From NCBI GenBank assembly GCA_965287045.1, contig OZ336881.1:57164001-57228000 (forward strand): a DNA stretch of 64,000 nucleotides. Direction: 5' to 3'. A model generated the notes under the pieces. The model saw only the letters and a program-made list of their open reading frames with translations. It was not told the origin of the DNA and searched no databases. Every line of letters starts with the position of its first letter. Positions within the stretch are counted from its first letter, which is position 1. The position numbers were made by a program, and so were the translations under genes. Positions 37,501 through 49,500 of this stretch are shown here, in pieces. Source of the DNA: Carcharhinus amblyrhynchos. Taxonomy: Eukaryota.

Positions 37501-40500
37501 AGGATTGATGCTCCAGTAATGGTAGAGTGGGGGAAATGCCGGGCCATGAAGTGGTCAATTATGGTTCAATATAATTCTACTGCTAATGGGCCACAGTGCC
37601 TCATGGGTGCTCAGTCTTCAGTTGCTAAATCTGATCAAAACCTATCCTATTTGGCATGGCCGTAGTGCCATACAACACAAAGGAAGCTATCCTCAACATG
37701 AACATGAGACTTTATCTCCACAAGGGTTGTGTAGTGGTCAATCTTATTAATACAATCATGGTCAGATGCAGCTACAATAGGTAGGTTGGTGAGAATGAGG
37801 TCCAAGTCATAGATCATAGAACCCTACAGTGCAGAAGGAGGCCATTTGGCCCACTGATCTTACACCAACAACAATCCCACCCCGTAACACCAATATTTAC
37901 CATGCTAATCCCTCTGATACTAAGGGGCAATTGAGCATGGCCAATCAGCTTTGCAGGTTGACCAAACTAAGTCAACTTTTCTTTTTGTTGGTTCACTCAG
38001 CACCACCACCTTCCACAGACTTGGCTGGATCAGTAAGTAGTGGTGCTATTAACTCCTCCTGTTGATGGACTATGAACAGAGTACCAAGGGTACATTTTGT
38101 ACCCTTGCTTCTGCCAACTGGTGTTCAACATGGAGTATAGATTCATCAGCTAGGGGAGGTGGGATGGGGTGGGGTGGGGGTGGTGAAGAGATGAATATAG
38201 CTGGTCATCAGCAGTATGTTAACTTGCCCATCTTTGACTTAATGCCTTGAGACTCCATGAAGGTCAATGTTCACATATCCCTGGGCAACTCCTTCCTGAT
38301 TGTATACCACTGTGCACCATCTCTGCTGGGCCTGTCCTATGGGTGGTACAGGACATATCCAGAGATGGTGGTGGTGGTGTGTGGGACAATAGGCAGGATT
38401 TTACGGCCTCACCTGAGGTCAATGGAAACTTCCATTGTTGGACCCTTGCCTGCTCCCATTCTGGGGCGGGCGAGGCGATAGAGTTGCTGCCATTGTTTGC
38501 ACACATGATTCTGAGAGTGCAATACCAGGCTATTGTCTGATTAATCTGTAAAACAACCCCCACATGTTAATAGGGAGGACTTTACAAAGTTGACAGACTG
38601 GATGAGTCATTGACTCTAGTATCAGAAATGACAATGTTGCATAGTCCATCAATGATTTTTTAAAAATACTTTGCAACAGTTTGATGCAAATGAGTGGTTT
38701 GCGAGGCCACTCCAGTGGCATTTAAAAGTCAACCACACTGCTGGAGTCACATGTAGATCTGACCATGCAAGGATGGCAGATCTCCTTCCCTAACGAACCA
38801 GATAGGTTTTTACAACAATGGTTTCACGGTCACTATTACCAAGATTAGTTTTCAATTCCAGATTTAATCATGAAATTTTAATTGCACCAGCTGCCATAGT
38901 GGGATTTGAACCATTAGTCTAGGCATCTGGATTACTAATCCAGTTTCATGACCACATGACCATGTTATGGGACACATATGTGTTTTCAAATACTTTTTGA
39001 TAGTCAATCAAGTAGTTCACAGTATTATAGTTGAAGAATGAACATAGCCAGTGCAGAACTTCAATAGAATTTGCAGCTTTCTTGGGGATTGGAACAGAAG
39101 TGAACAAGCCAGTTTCTGCACTGTGTTAAGTGATAGTTAAAAGAATTTACTTACGGTTCAATATCAACTGTCTGTTCCCCAGGTCCAGGAGTTATTGTCA
39201 CTGCATCAATGCTATCTGAAAACAGGGCAAAGCAGTAATAAGAGGATATTCTTCAGTCATCTTTCAATAAAAAAATCCACAGCCTTTTCATAAAATTAAC
39301 TGAAGAGTCAGTCGTCAGTTTTCTCTTAAATACCTACAGGAAAGACCTGCTAATCCCGTTTAATGTACCTCCAATCTAATCAACCCAGGGAACAGTTGCA
39401 TTTTCCATGAAGAAACAGAGCAGGCCATTCATCACCCTTCAATTAGATTGTGGCTGGTATGTACTCAATTTCATTCACCCATGTCCCTCAAGACAATTTT
39501 ACTAACAAAAGACCCGCCATACAATTCTTAAAAAGGTTCAACTGACGCAGCATCCACCACAGTTTCAGAGCTAGAATGCCAGACTTCCACACATCTAGTG
39601 AAGTAACGCTCCCTGAAATCACTCAAGTGCCCTAGTTTTAATTTTAAGATCTATTTATCCCCCCAGCAGAAGGAACAGTTCCATATACATCAACTCTATC
39701 AAATTCCTTTATTGTTTTAAACATCTCGATTAGATAACCCCTGAAACTTCTCAAATGAAAGGAATACAAGTGGTTTATGCAAATAGTCCTCATAATTAAC
39801 CCTTTAATCCATAGCATTATTCTGGGTGAGTCTATCCTGTACCCTGAGGCTGATCTGTCCTCCCTGGCAGCAATGCCAAATTGAACACAGTGCTCTGGAT
39901 GGTGACTGACCAAAGCTCTGTACAAGAGAAGCATAATTCCTCACTTTCCAATGGTCACACTTTTGAGACAAAATCCAAAATTTCCACTCATTCTTCTGTT
40001 CAATTTTTTTGTCTGTGCACCAGCTTCTAATGATACATTGTTCCATAAATCATCCTACTCTTCAAAGGCAAGTCAGTTCTTAGTGCAATGCCATCAAAAT
40101 AAAACTCACTTTTCACTTTGGTGAAATATTTTGGGATAAAATTTAAGATGTCTAATGCTGTCACATTTTTATCCAGAAAACTTTGGTAGGCTTTGAACAT
40201 TGAAATCTGCAGGATTGATCCTACTAGAGACACAGAATCCCAAAGCACATCCTCTGAGAACCAAGTCAGAACACTAAAATTGTGCCATCATTAAACTGGA
40301 AGTCTTTACCCACTTGTGATACAAGATGCACCTCAACAATTCAGCCATATGAAAGCATGACAGGGAGCTCATGTATTGGCTGTAACCCAACAAAAATGTA
40401 TAAAAATAAACATGATGACAGGTGTTCACGGCTTTCCTGAACCACAACTTCAGCAGAATGAGTTAACCTTCTTGTCTAGGAGGATTCTGTCATCAAGAAA

Positions 40501-43500
40501 AATCAAAGTATCTTCAAACACAACTCATTAGAATCCAACCAAATTAAAAAACCTAACTACGGAATGAAAAATTTATAACTGCACATCAATGTTAAATATG
40601 AAATACTCACTAGCACGACCAAGCAGGATACGTGGCGTTGAGGGGGTGATGGGCAGTGCTGGGTAAGTGCCACCATATGAAGATGAAAGAACATTGCTGA
40701 AAAGGCCAGAGCCCTGTCTCACTGGACTTAACATTGGGGGTGGTGTGTAGGGTGGGAGCTCATGTGTCCTGTCCAGCAGGTGATCTCCCATGATTCTGGG
40801 TGAGCGGAGCTGACTCTGGTATAGGGTAGCACCTGGATATGAAGCAGAGAAGTTGACAGAAGGTGGAGGGATGTAGAGAGGCTCTGGCCTGTGTCGATAC
40901 TTCTTTTTGTCCTGCTGAGATCTGTAGCTATCTTCTGTCTGTGAACCGCTGGGATGACACTTGCGGACAATTTCCTAAGAAGTTCATAGTTTGAATTTTA
41001 TTAAGTTTTTTTGGAAGATTTTGAATGAACAAAATGCCTTGTATATAAAAAGTGTAAGCATACAATATTAATTCCATAACCAGAGAAAATCAGGAAATAC
41101 TGCTTTGATTCCTGTTTAAGCGAACAGTGTCCTCTGTTTCCAATCACTTACTTCCTCATCTCTAACTTTGACTTCAGATCAGTTAATGAGATTAAACACA
41201 AAACAAAATCAAAGAAAAACACATGTAAACAAGCAGTAATAATCATCAGGAGCTGTAAGAGCAATCCCAAATCAAAAAACAAGCATGTTAAAAACAAAAC
41301 AATGCATGTGATTCGGCACCCTTTTCATGCATCAGTAGAGGATACAAAAAAAATTGAAACAAACGCACATGCACACACGCACATCCCTCCAAAGGACCTG
41401 TTAGCAGCAGTAAATAATGCATTCTTACGCTGGGCTTGTTGCGTTTAATAGGCAATGTTACATACTCCTTATAATACAAGTAGAACAGCTGGCATTAGCA
41501 TTAGATCACAATCCACTGATTTTAAGAGGTCTGACTACAAGAAAGAATTACCAACCCAAGGATTTTTGTGCACAGAGAGACTTCTTGCATCTTTACCCTC
41601 TGCCTCAGAAAAGCCAACAATCAGGAATAGCTAAACTAAGAGCTTCAAAGGACCAGTCGCTGGTTGACAGCATCTGTTGATACATGGTGTGATGTGCAAA
41701 TGACATCAGCTTTCTCTTCTTTCCCTCCAACTGAAAATTCACTTTAACCCACCAAAGAATACCTGCTACTGGATGACCATGAAACAACAGTGCTCGTTGA
41801 CACAGTGCACTGTGTCATAGAAATTTCTACGAAGGATGGAAGTAAAGAATTTTACCAGCTTCAAGGTTGAGAGATACATCTTTTCATTTTGAGGCTGGAC
41901 AGGACTTAAGATAATGTTATTTCTTTGGAATGTTCAAAACCTCAGTTGAATACTAGACATTCTGAATATGTGGCGAAGAAAATTAGGTGGCCAAATCTTT
42001 TTCCTACCCAGCGAAGTACCAATTATATCAACAGCATACACGAGGGTAATAAGAATGAACAACATTTAAAAGTACGGGACAGTTCAACAAATAATTGAAG
42101 TGTTCAGGGATGAAGGAACAATCAAGTTATGGAGGATGAAAGTACAGCAGTGGTATCAAATAAATACTTCATTATTTATTATATATTATTTTGGTAGGAA
42201 CAATATAAATGTACCACAGGAGGACGTGGAACAATTGTAGGATCGAGTGGAAAAGACATCAGACCCTGGGTACAGACTGTAGCTCTTTTTTAAAATCATT
42301 CATGGGCGGTGGACATCACTGGCTAGATCAGCATTCATTGCTAATCTCTAACTGCCGTTGAAAAGGTGGTGGTGATTTTCCTTCTTGAACTGCTGTAGTC
42401 CTTGTGATGCAGGTACCCCCTGACAGCATTGTTGGGAAGGAAGTTGCAGAATTTTCACCCAGCATCAGTAAAGAAATGGCAAGATATTTTCAAGTCAGGA
42501 TGATGAGTGGCTTGGAAGGGAATTTCCAGGTGGGAATGGTGTTCCCATGTGACTGCTGCCCTTGTTCTTCTAAATGGTAGCGGCCATGGGTTTGGAAGGT
42601 GCTGTGAGGAGACTCGGTGAATTGCTGGAGTGCATCTTGTAGATGGTACACACTGCTGCCACTGTGTGTCAGCAGTGGAGGGAGCGAATATTTAAAGGTG
42701 GTGGGTAAGGTGCCAGTCAAGTGGGCTGCGTTGTCCTGGATAATATCAAGCTTTTTGAGTGTTGTTGGAGCTGCACTCATCCAGACAAGCGAAGAGTATT
42801 CAATTGGACTACTGAATTGTGCCTCGTGGATGGCGGACAAAATCTGGGGAGTCAGAAGCTGAATTACGCACTGCAGATTCGTATCATCTGACCAGCTCTT
42901 GTAGCCACAGTATTTCTATGGCTGGTCCAGTTCAGTTTATGATCAAGGCTAACTGATAGTGGAGGATTCAGTGATGGGAATGCTATTGAATATCAAGGGC
43001 TAACAGTTAGATCCTCTCTTATTGGAGATGATCATTGCCCACTGATAATCAAATGTCAATTGCCATTTGTCAGCTCAAGCCCGGATATTGTCAAGGTCTT
43101 ATTGCATTTGGACATGGACTACTTAATTAAGTTAGATAGATGGTCGAGAGGAAATTTGGTAGAGGTATTCAAAATCATGTATTTTGCACACAGTTAGCAG
43201 TTAAGATCTGGAACATGCTATCCGAGAGTCAAATGGTGGTCGGTTCTGTCAAGGCACTCAAAGGTTATTTTCTGAAAAGGAAAGATATGCTAATCTGGAG
43301 AGTCTGCCCAGCCACAAATTGCTGAATGGCTTCCTCTTGTGCTATAACCATTGTGAATTCTGTGATTCTGAGAAATGGAAATTGCGCTGAGCATAACCTT
43401 TCAATCCTCTTTTGATATGCAAATTTTGCCAGGGTTACTGGAAGGCAACATTTCATTTATTATCAAAAGGTCAGATCAGATTAAGTTGACTGACTACAGA

Positions 43501-46500
43501 TCAGTTAACTTCATGTCACCTGTCAGCAAATTGTTAGGGATACATACCGCATGATCATATTTGTACTTCCAAATGTAAGGGATAATCAAGGATATCCAGT
43601 ACAGGTTTGAAGGTGAGCTCTGACTGTCAAGTCCAAGAATTTTGTTTCTGAAGAAGTTGCTAAATAATTGCAATGCAACACACACACAGAACACGCAGCC
43701 TCAGAAGATTTTGGTTAGGCTTTCTCACAGGAAAATTGTTACAAATATTCAGATATACTATATGAGGAAGTGTAGCAGCATACTGCCTGGCAGAGAAAAG
43801 TTAGTCTTAGCGGCTGTTGCTTAAATTGGTAAGCGTAGGAGTTGTGGGTGAGTGCCAAGCCAATCTCTGTTCTTAACATATACTGGGCATAAAAAGTACA
43901 ATACCAACATTTGTTAACAAGGGTGTCAAGGATTTGGCAAATAAGTAGGTGCAGGAGCCAGATTTATTTATTCTTTTCACTTATTCTTTGATGGGTTTGG
44001 ACTTCACTGCCAAGGTCAGCATTCATTGCCCATCCCAAATTGCTCTTGAACTGTGGCTTGCTGGACCATTTCACAGGGCAGTTAACAGTAAAATACATTG
44101 CCTTGGGTTTGCAGTCACAGGTAGGCCAGAACAGGTAGGTAAAGGACAATAATGGATCAGATGTTTTTTTTCAAACAGTCATTGCTGAGACGAGCTTTAC
44201 ATCCCAGGTTTTGTTAACTGGATTGAAATTTCACCAACTGCTGTGGTGGGATTAGAATCCATGTGTCCAGGGTGTTAGCCTGGGTCTCCAAATAACTAGC
44301 GCAGAGCCATTACAGCTGTGCCACCATTTCTGTAACAGGTTAATGAAATGAGCAGTCATTTAACAGACAGTTCAATGTGGGGAAATGTGAGGTAATACTA
44401 ACAGAGTGAAAACAAGAAGTGGGAGTGCAACAGATCAACACTGAAGTGTGTGTGGACGTTATCGGAGGTGTCTGAGGGTTTAAACACAATTCCTTGAAAA
44501 TACAAGTGGAGATAAAACTACAAAAAGAACCAAAAACATTTGCAGAGGAATTCTCCCAAGCCCCCGGCAGTGTGTTCGATGGCAGGCATGGGCAAAGAAT
44601 ATGGCAGCAGAGCAGAAATCGGTTTCACACCAGCATGAACTTCCAGCCAAAACTTCCACAAGTGCCTGCCACGGTGGGTCAGAAACTTGCCAGAGGACAG
44701 CGTGAACCTCACTTGCATCCCATTAATTGGATGCAGAAGGCAGCCCGACATTCCCACGCTATCTCTGCGATGCCAGCAGGAAACACGCTGGCTTGAAACA
44801 TGTTCATACAACTTGGTGCGCAGATATCAGGTCTTTCTGAACAATGCCTGGGGCTGTCTCCAGAGTTCAGAACAAAGGCCACACCAAACTACGGACCCTG
44901 GAACACCACAGCAGTCGGTCAAGGGGGCATCTGCAGGTGGACTTTGCAGATTAAGTGACTTGGAGGAGGTCCATGTTCTAGCCTCAGAATATTCTTGGAG
45001 ATCCATCTTCATTCACAGGAGATCGACTTCTGATCTCGGAGTGCTCCTGGTGATCTTCCTTCATTTTCCAGAAGTCCACTGTCTTTCTTCAATAGTAGTT
45101 CAGTAATGTTGGGTGCCTTTTCAATATGGCACCCGGGCAGAACAACCTGGGTTACATGCCACCCAGTTGTCCCACTGCTGAATACGGCATGAACTACGTG
45201 GGTGCATAATCAGTAAGGTTGGTGTCAGAAGATTTTGTGTGTTTTCCCGCCAACCACCACTGCAAGAAACATTCCACATTCTCCCCCACAGCACTCAGTC
45301 TCAAACTGGGAGAATTCCGCTCTTTAGTTTGAGAGATGCAGGACAAAAAAGCGAAGTAATCATAAATTTGGAGGAGGCAATGGCTAAATCACAATTGCAA
45401 ACATCATTTCTGAAGACTGAAGCAAGATTCTGTGTTACTGAAATCTGTTAATTTTTGAAATGGATTTGAATTCTCCCTTACAGGGGCTGTTCTTACAGCC
45501 TCAATTCAAACAAAAGCACAATGATCTTTAATTTCAATCAGAAATACAAATGTTCTTACAACTGACAAACAATGTCATGCACTGAATCCAAGTGCAGCTC
45601 AGCAATATTTGGAAAATGTCTTCAAAATGTCTCTCTTAAGGACAGATTGAAGCATTTTCTTGAGGGTGTGTGGACTACAATTGCTATGTCATTGTGGATA
45701 TGTCGCTTAGGCATTGCTAGAGAATGTCAGGCATTGATATTAGCTGAGATTACAATGAATATAATAGTGTTGAAGTGAAAGGCAATTTAGCATTCTTCCT
45801 CCTGACCATTATTTCTCTGGAAAATATTGGGACTGAAGAGATTCCTGCCAACAAAGTGAGCTGCAATTCAATTGAAATACAGGAGTACAAGAGCTTCACT
45901 TATCAAAGTCACAAGAGCAATAGCATGCAGATCAAAGCAAACACAACAAAACTTGATTTACACATGAATCCCTTTGCATCCCAGGGGAATCTGGTTTGGA
46001 ACCACAAAATAATTAACAACCCCACCATGTTTGCATGCAGGACTTGTATGATTGTGTGAAACTTAAACTCATTTAAAACTGAAAACTAATGCACTTTTAT
46101 TAGAAAGATGTATCATCAATGAAAGGCAATTTCACAATTTCTGAATGTAATCTGGGCTGGTAACCAAACTCAGATCATTTCAGTTAGTATCTTACCAACC
46201 ACCTGGTCCTATTTGAAACCGTGCAGTGTAAGCTATGATAGTTTCCCACCAGCAAGCAAAGGGTTTCAAACAAAACACCATTGGCAGGGTTAGTTGCAAG
46301 AATGGCAGCACTCACAGAGGATGAGCAGGGTTGGGCCACTTTGGGAGCGTGTGGTGGAGAATCAGTCATCTTCGTGAGGACTGGCATTTCGTCATCTGAC
46401 ACAGAGTTGGCAGGCTTGTCCTTGGCAGTGGTGGCCTGCTTGCTGGGCTCAGCAGGCTGAAGCTTTACAGGCACAGAGACAGGCATGATGATGGGCATGA

Positions 46501-49500
46501 GGTGATCCACCTCTTTAGGCTGCTTCTCTCCTTCATCCTGTACAGACAACCAAAGGCTTTCAGCCTCAGTTACAGAGGGGTCCTAGCAAAGCAACACACC
46601 TGAGACAGATCAGATAGGGTCTAGCAGATTAATAAAGTAATATACCCTCAGTTTCTAAATGCAGTTGTATATTCAGTGAATTTTTAAAAATAGGTTGCAA
46701 GATGCTGCCATACGAATGTAATAAAAGTTAGAAATCTGTTGTACTTTGCATGATTGGCTTAGCTTCTGCAACGGTCATTTGGTTTTTATTTTCAACATGG
46801 ACATTTCTAATGGATTCCAATGTGCACTACTGATAACTAATATTCACTTTTGAGCAAATCCATGCTTTAAGTAAAAACATGCATGAAATTAAATAAACTG
46901 TGCTCACAAAGCACAGTACAGCACCAATGCATTATCCAAATATGTCAATCACACAAAATGGTTGTTCCAATAATAGTGCATCACATTTCTGTGCTCTAGG
47001 GAATTCTGAAAATGTATTAAACCTTAAACTGGCCTTTCAGCTTCCATTCTAGTTCATTCTGGCACTTTTGGGGATCCTCTCCCCTCCTACCCCAGTTAAT
47101 GTTGTCACACTTTCAACATTCTTCCTTGGAAAGATTATGGCCCTTCTCATAATTGCTTCTGTTTCAATTTCCATCTTTCACATCCCACTGAACTAGCCTC
47201 AACATCATTCTAAGCCATGTCCTGTTGCTAATGAAAGAGAGCTTATCCATTGTTTATTGTGAACAGAAACTCCTTATGAATTCCTACCTACAACATGGAA
47301 CAGCAGGATTATTTCTATTAGCCTTAGCGTTGTTGAATTAGCAGCACCAAAGGCAGGGCAGCTAGGTCCTGCTGAGTTTAATCAGAAAATGCAAACATGT
47401 TGTCGAAGTCTCCAAAACACAATCATCTCAAGGTGCTGATAATTAACATGCATGAGCATTATATCACTTCCATAACTGCCTAAAAATTAGTGAGGCTTAA
47501 AACAAATCGTTCAATTCGCCCATTGTTTCAGTGAAGACTGCATTGTGCTTCAATCTGCCATAAAGGCAAGGCTTCTGTACTCTGTAAACATACAGCAATT
47601 GACTAGTCAATGAAAGAATTCAATTGGTTTAATGAAAATTAATGAGGTATCACAAATGATGAATTCAGCTAATATAAACTCAAAAAAATCCAGGATTCCA
47701 CTCTAGTTGAGCAGTTCAAATCCAGTTTGTCAAGATTTGGCCAACACATTAAACAGTTAATTATCAGATTTATTTATCAATCTCTCAGAGGTCACAGAAG
47801 GCTATTATGTTCTCAGGACATGGGTTATGTTGACAAGGTCTCATTTTTTGCCATGGGAACAGTGATATGCAAGTCAAAGGCCATTCAGCCCATAGCATCC
47901 ATGGCAGTTATCTACAAGAGCAATTTAGTTGGTCCCAGTCCCTACCACTTTTTTCCCCCTCACGGTACTTATCCACATCCCTTTTGAAACACACAATAGG
48001 ATACTACTCCACAACCCTGTCAGATATTGCCTTGTTACCACCTGCTTCATGTCGCTTTAGCCAATCTCTAAATCTCATACTCTGCTTCCCGAACATTCTG
48101 CTAATGGGAGGAGTTTGCATCTATCTGTATTGTGCTATCTCTCACGCACGTGTGTCAAACCTCCAGAACTTTTCCATCCTCATAACTGAGGTCCCTCATT
48201 CCTGGAACCATTCTTGTAATTCTTTTCTGTATCCTGTCTATAAAGGCTTCACGTCCTTCCTAATAGTCGATGCCCAAAATTAGGCACAATACTCCAGTTG
48301 AGGTCCAATCAATGCTTTATAGACATTTACCATAACCTCCTTGCTTTTCGACTTTATATTTCTAAAGTATGAAGGCCTGGATCTTGAACTCTTTTCTCAA
48401 TCTGTCCTGCCCCCTCCAAAGGTTTGTGCACTTCAGACGTGAAGTTCTCCCACTTCTTGCACCCTTTTACTTTATATCACACCTCTCATTTGTCCGACCA
48501 AAAAAGAATAATTTCAAAGTTCTCTCCATGCGACGTGTTCACCCATTCCACCAACCTATTTATGGTCTCTTGAACTCTATCATTGTATTCTTCCCATTTC
48601 ATATATGCCCAAAATGTGTCATCTATAAATTTTTAAACGTGTGTGTACTGGCATAATTTCAGTTTCTGATGCACATCAAGGAAAGGATGGGTCCTAGAAC
48701 TGACCACCAGGAACAACACATACCTCATCCCCAATCCAGCAAACAAATGTTCACTACTACTTGGATTTCTGTCACTCAGCCCGCTTTGTATCTACGCTGC
48801 CCCTGTACTTTTGATTCCTTGGGTTTCAACTCTGCTGATAACATATAATGTGGCACTTTGCCAAACATCTTTTGGAGATCCATAAACACCACATAAACCA
48901 TTATCACCTTCCTTTCAATTATCTCAAAAAATACTAGTTGTGTATGTTCCCCAAGTGGGGGTGAAACTAGCTGACACCTTTTCTCCAGTCCTAAAAAAGA
49001 GAGGTTCTCTCAAACACCTGAAAAGGCAAAACAAGTCTGCACAAAGGTAAAGATTTAAAATAGGTCTTGCAATGTTAACTTGTAATTTCTCAAAACAACT
49101 GTTTAACCATGCTTCGGCTGGAATGTCAAATTTGCAAGCAAGCACGTTCTGTCCTAAATGCGAGAGATTAAAATTACTGAGGTTCTCATCTGGACAACTC
49201 AGAATTGGCTGCAAAAAGTGACACCGCAGGTCTTGGCTAGGATGGAGAAGATTGATGAGGGAATTACCTCATCAATTATGCCTGAAGACATCACGACTGA
49301 AAAAGATCAGGATTGATCTTGTGCACATAATTTGTGTTATACAACTATTATCCACTACTGAATTTTGCTGGAGAAATAATTCTGCTTTCATTGGGAGACT
49401 TTGCTGTAGCTTTGATCACAAGTTGTGTTTACTCCATGTTGTAGTGCTTCTTGACTGCATAAATAGATGGTTTGCTTCAAGTCCTGCAGTAACTTCTCCC

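Larger units (their letters stand above)
36146..38960 (-). mobile_element. Decayed CR1/Zenon-like LINE (family Z) retaining both ends, with nested SINEs and a MITE
   Basis: 3' tail at 36146-36260, RT pieces, endonuclease pieces (~38050-38600), tRNA-like head ~38890-38955. Confidence 0.78.
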
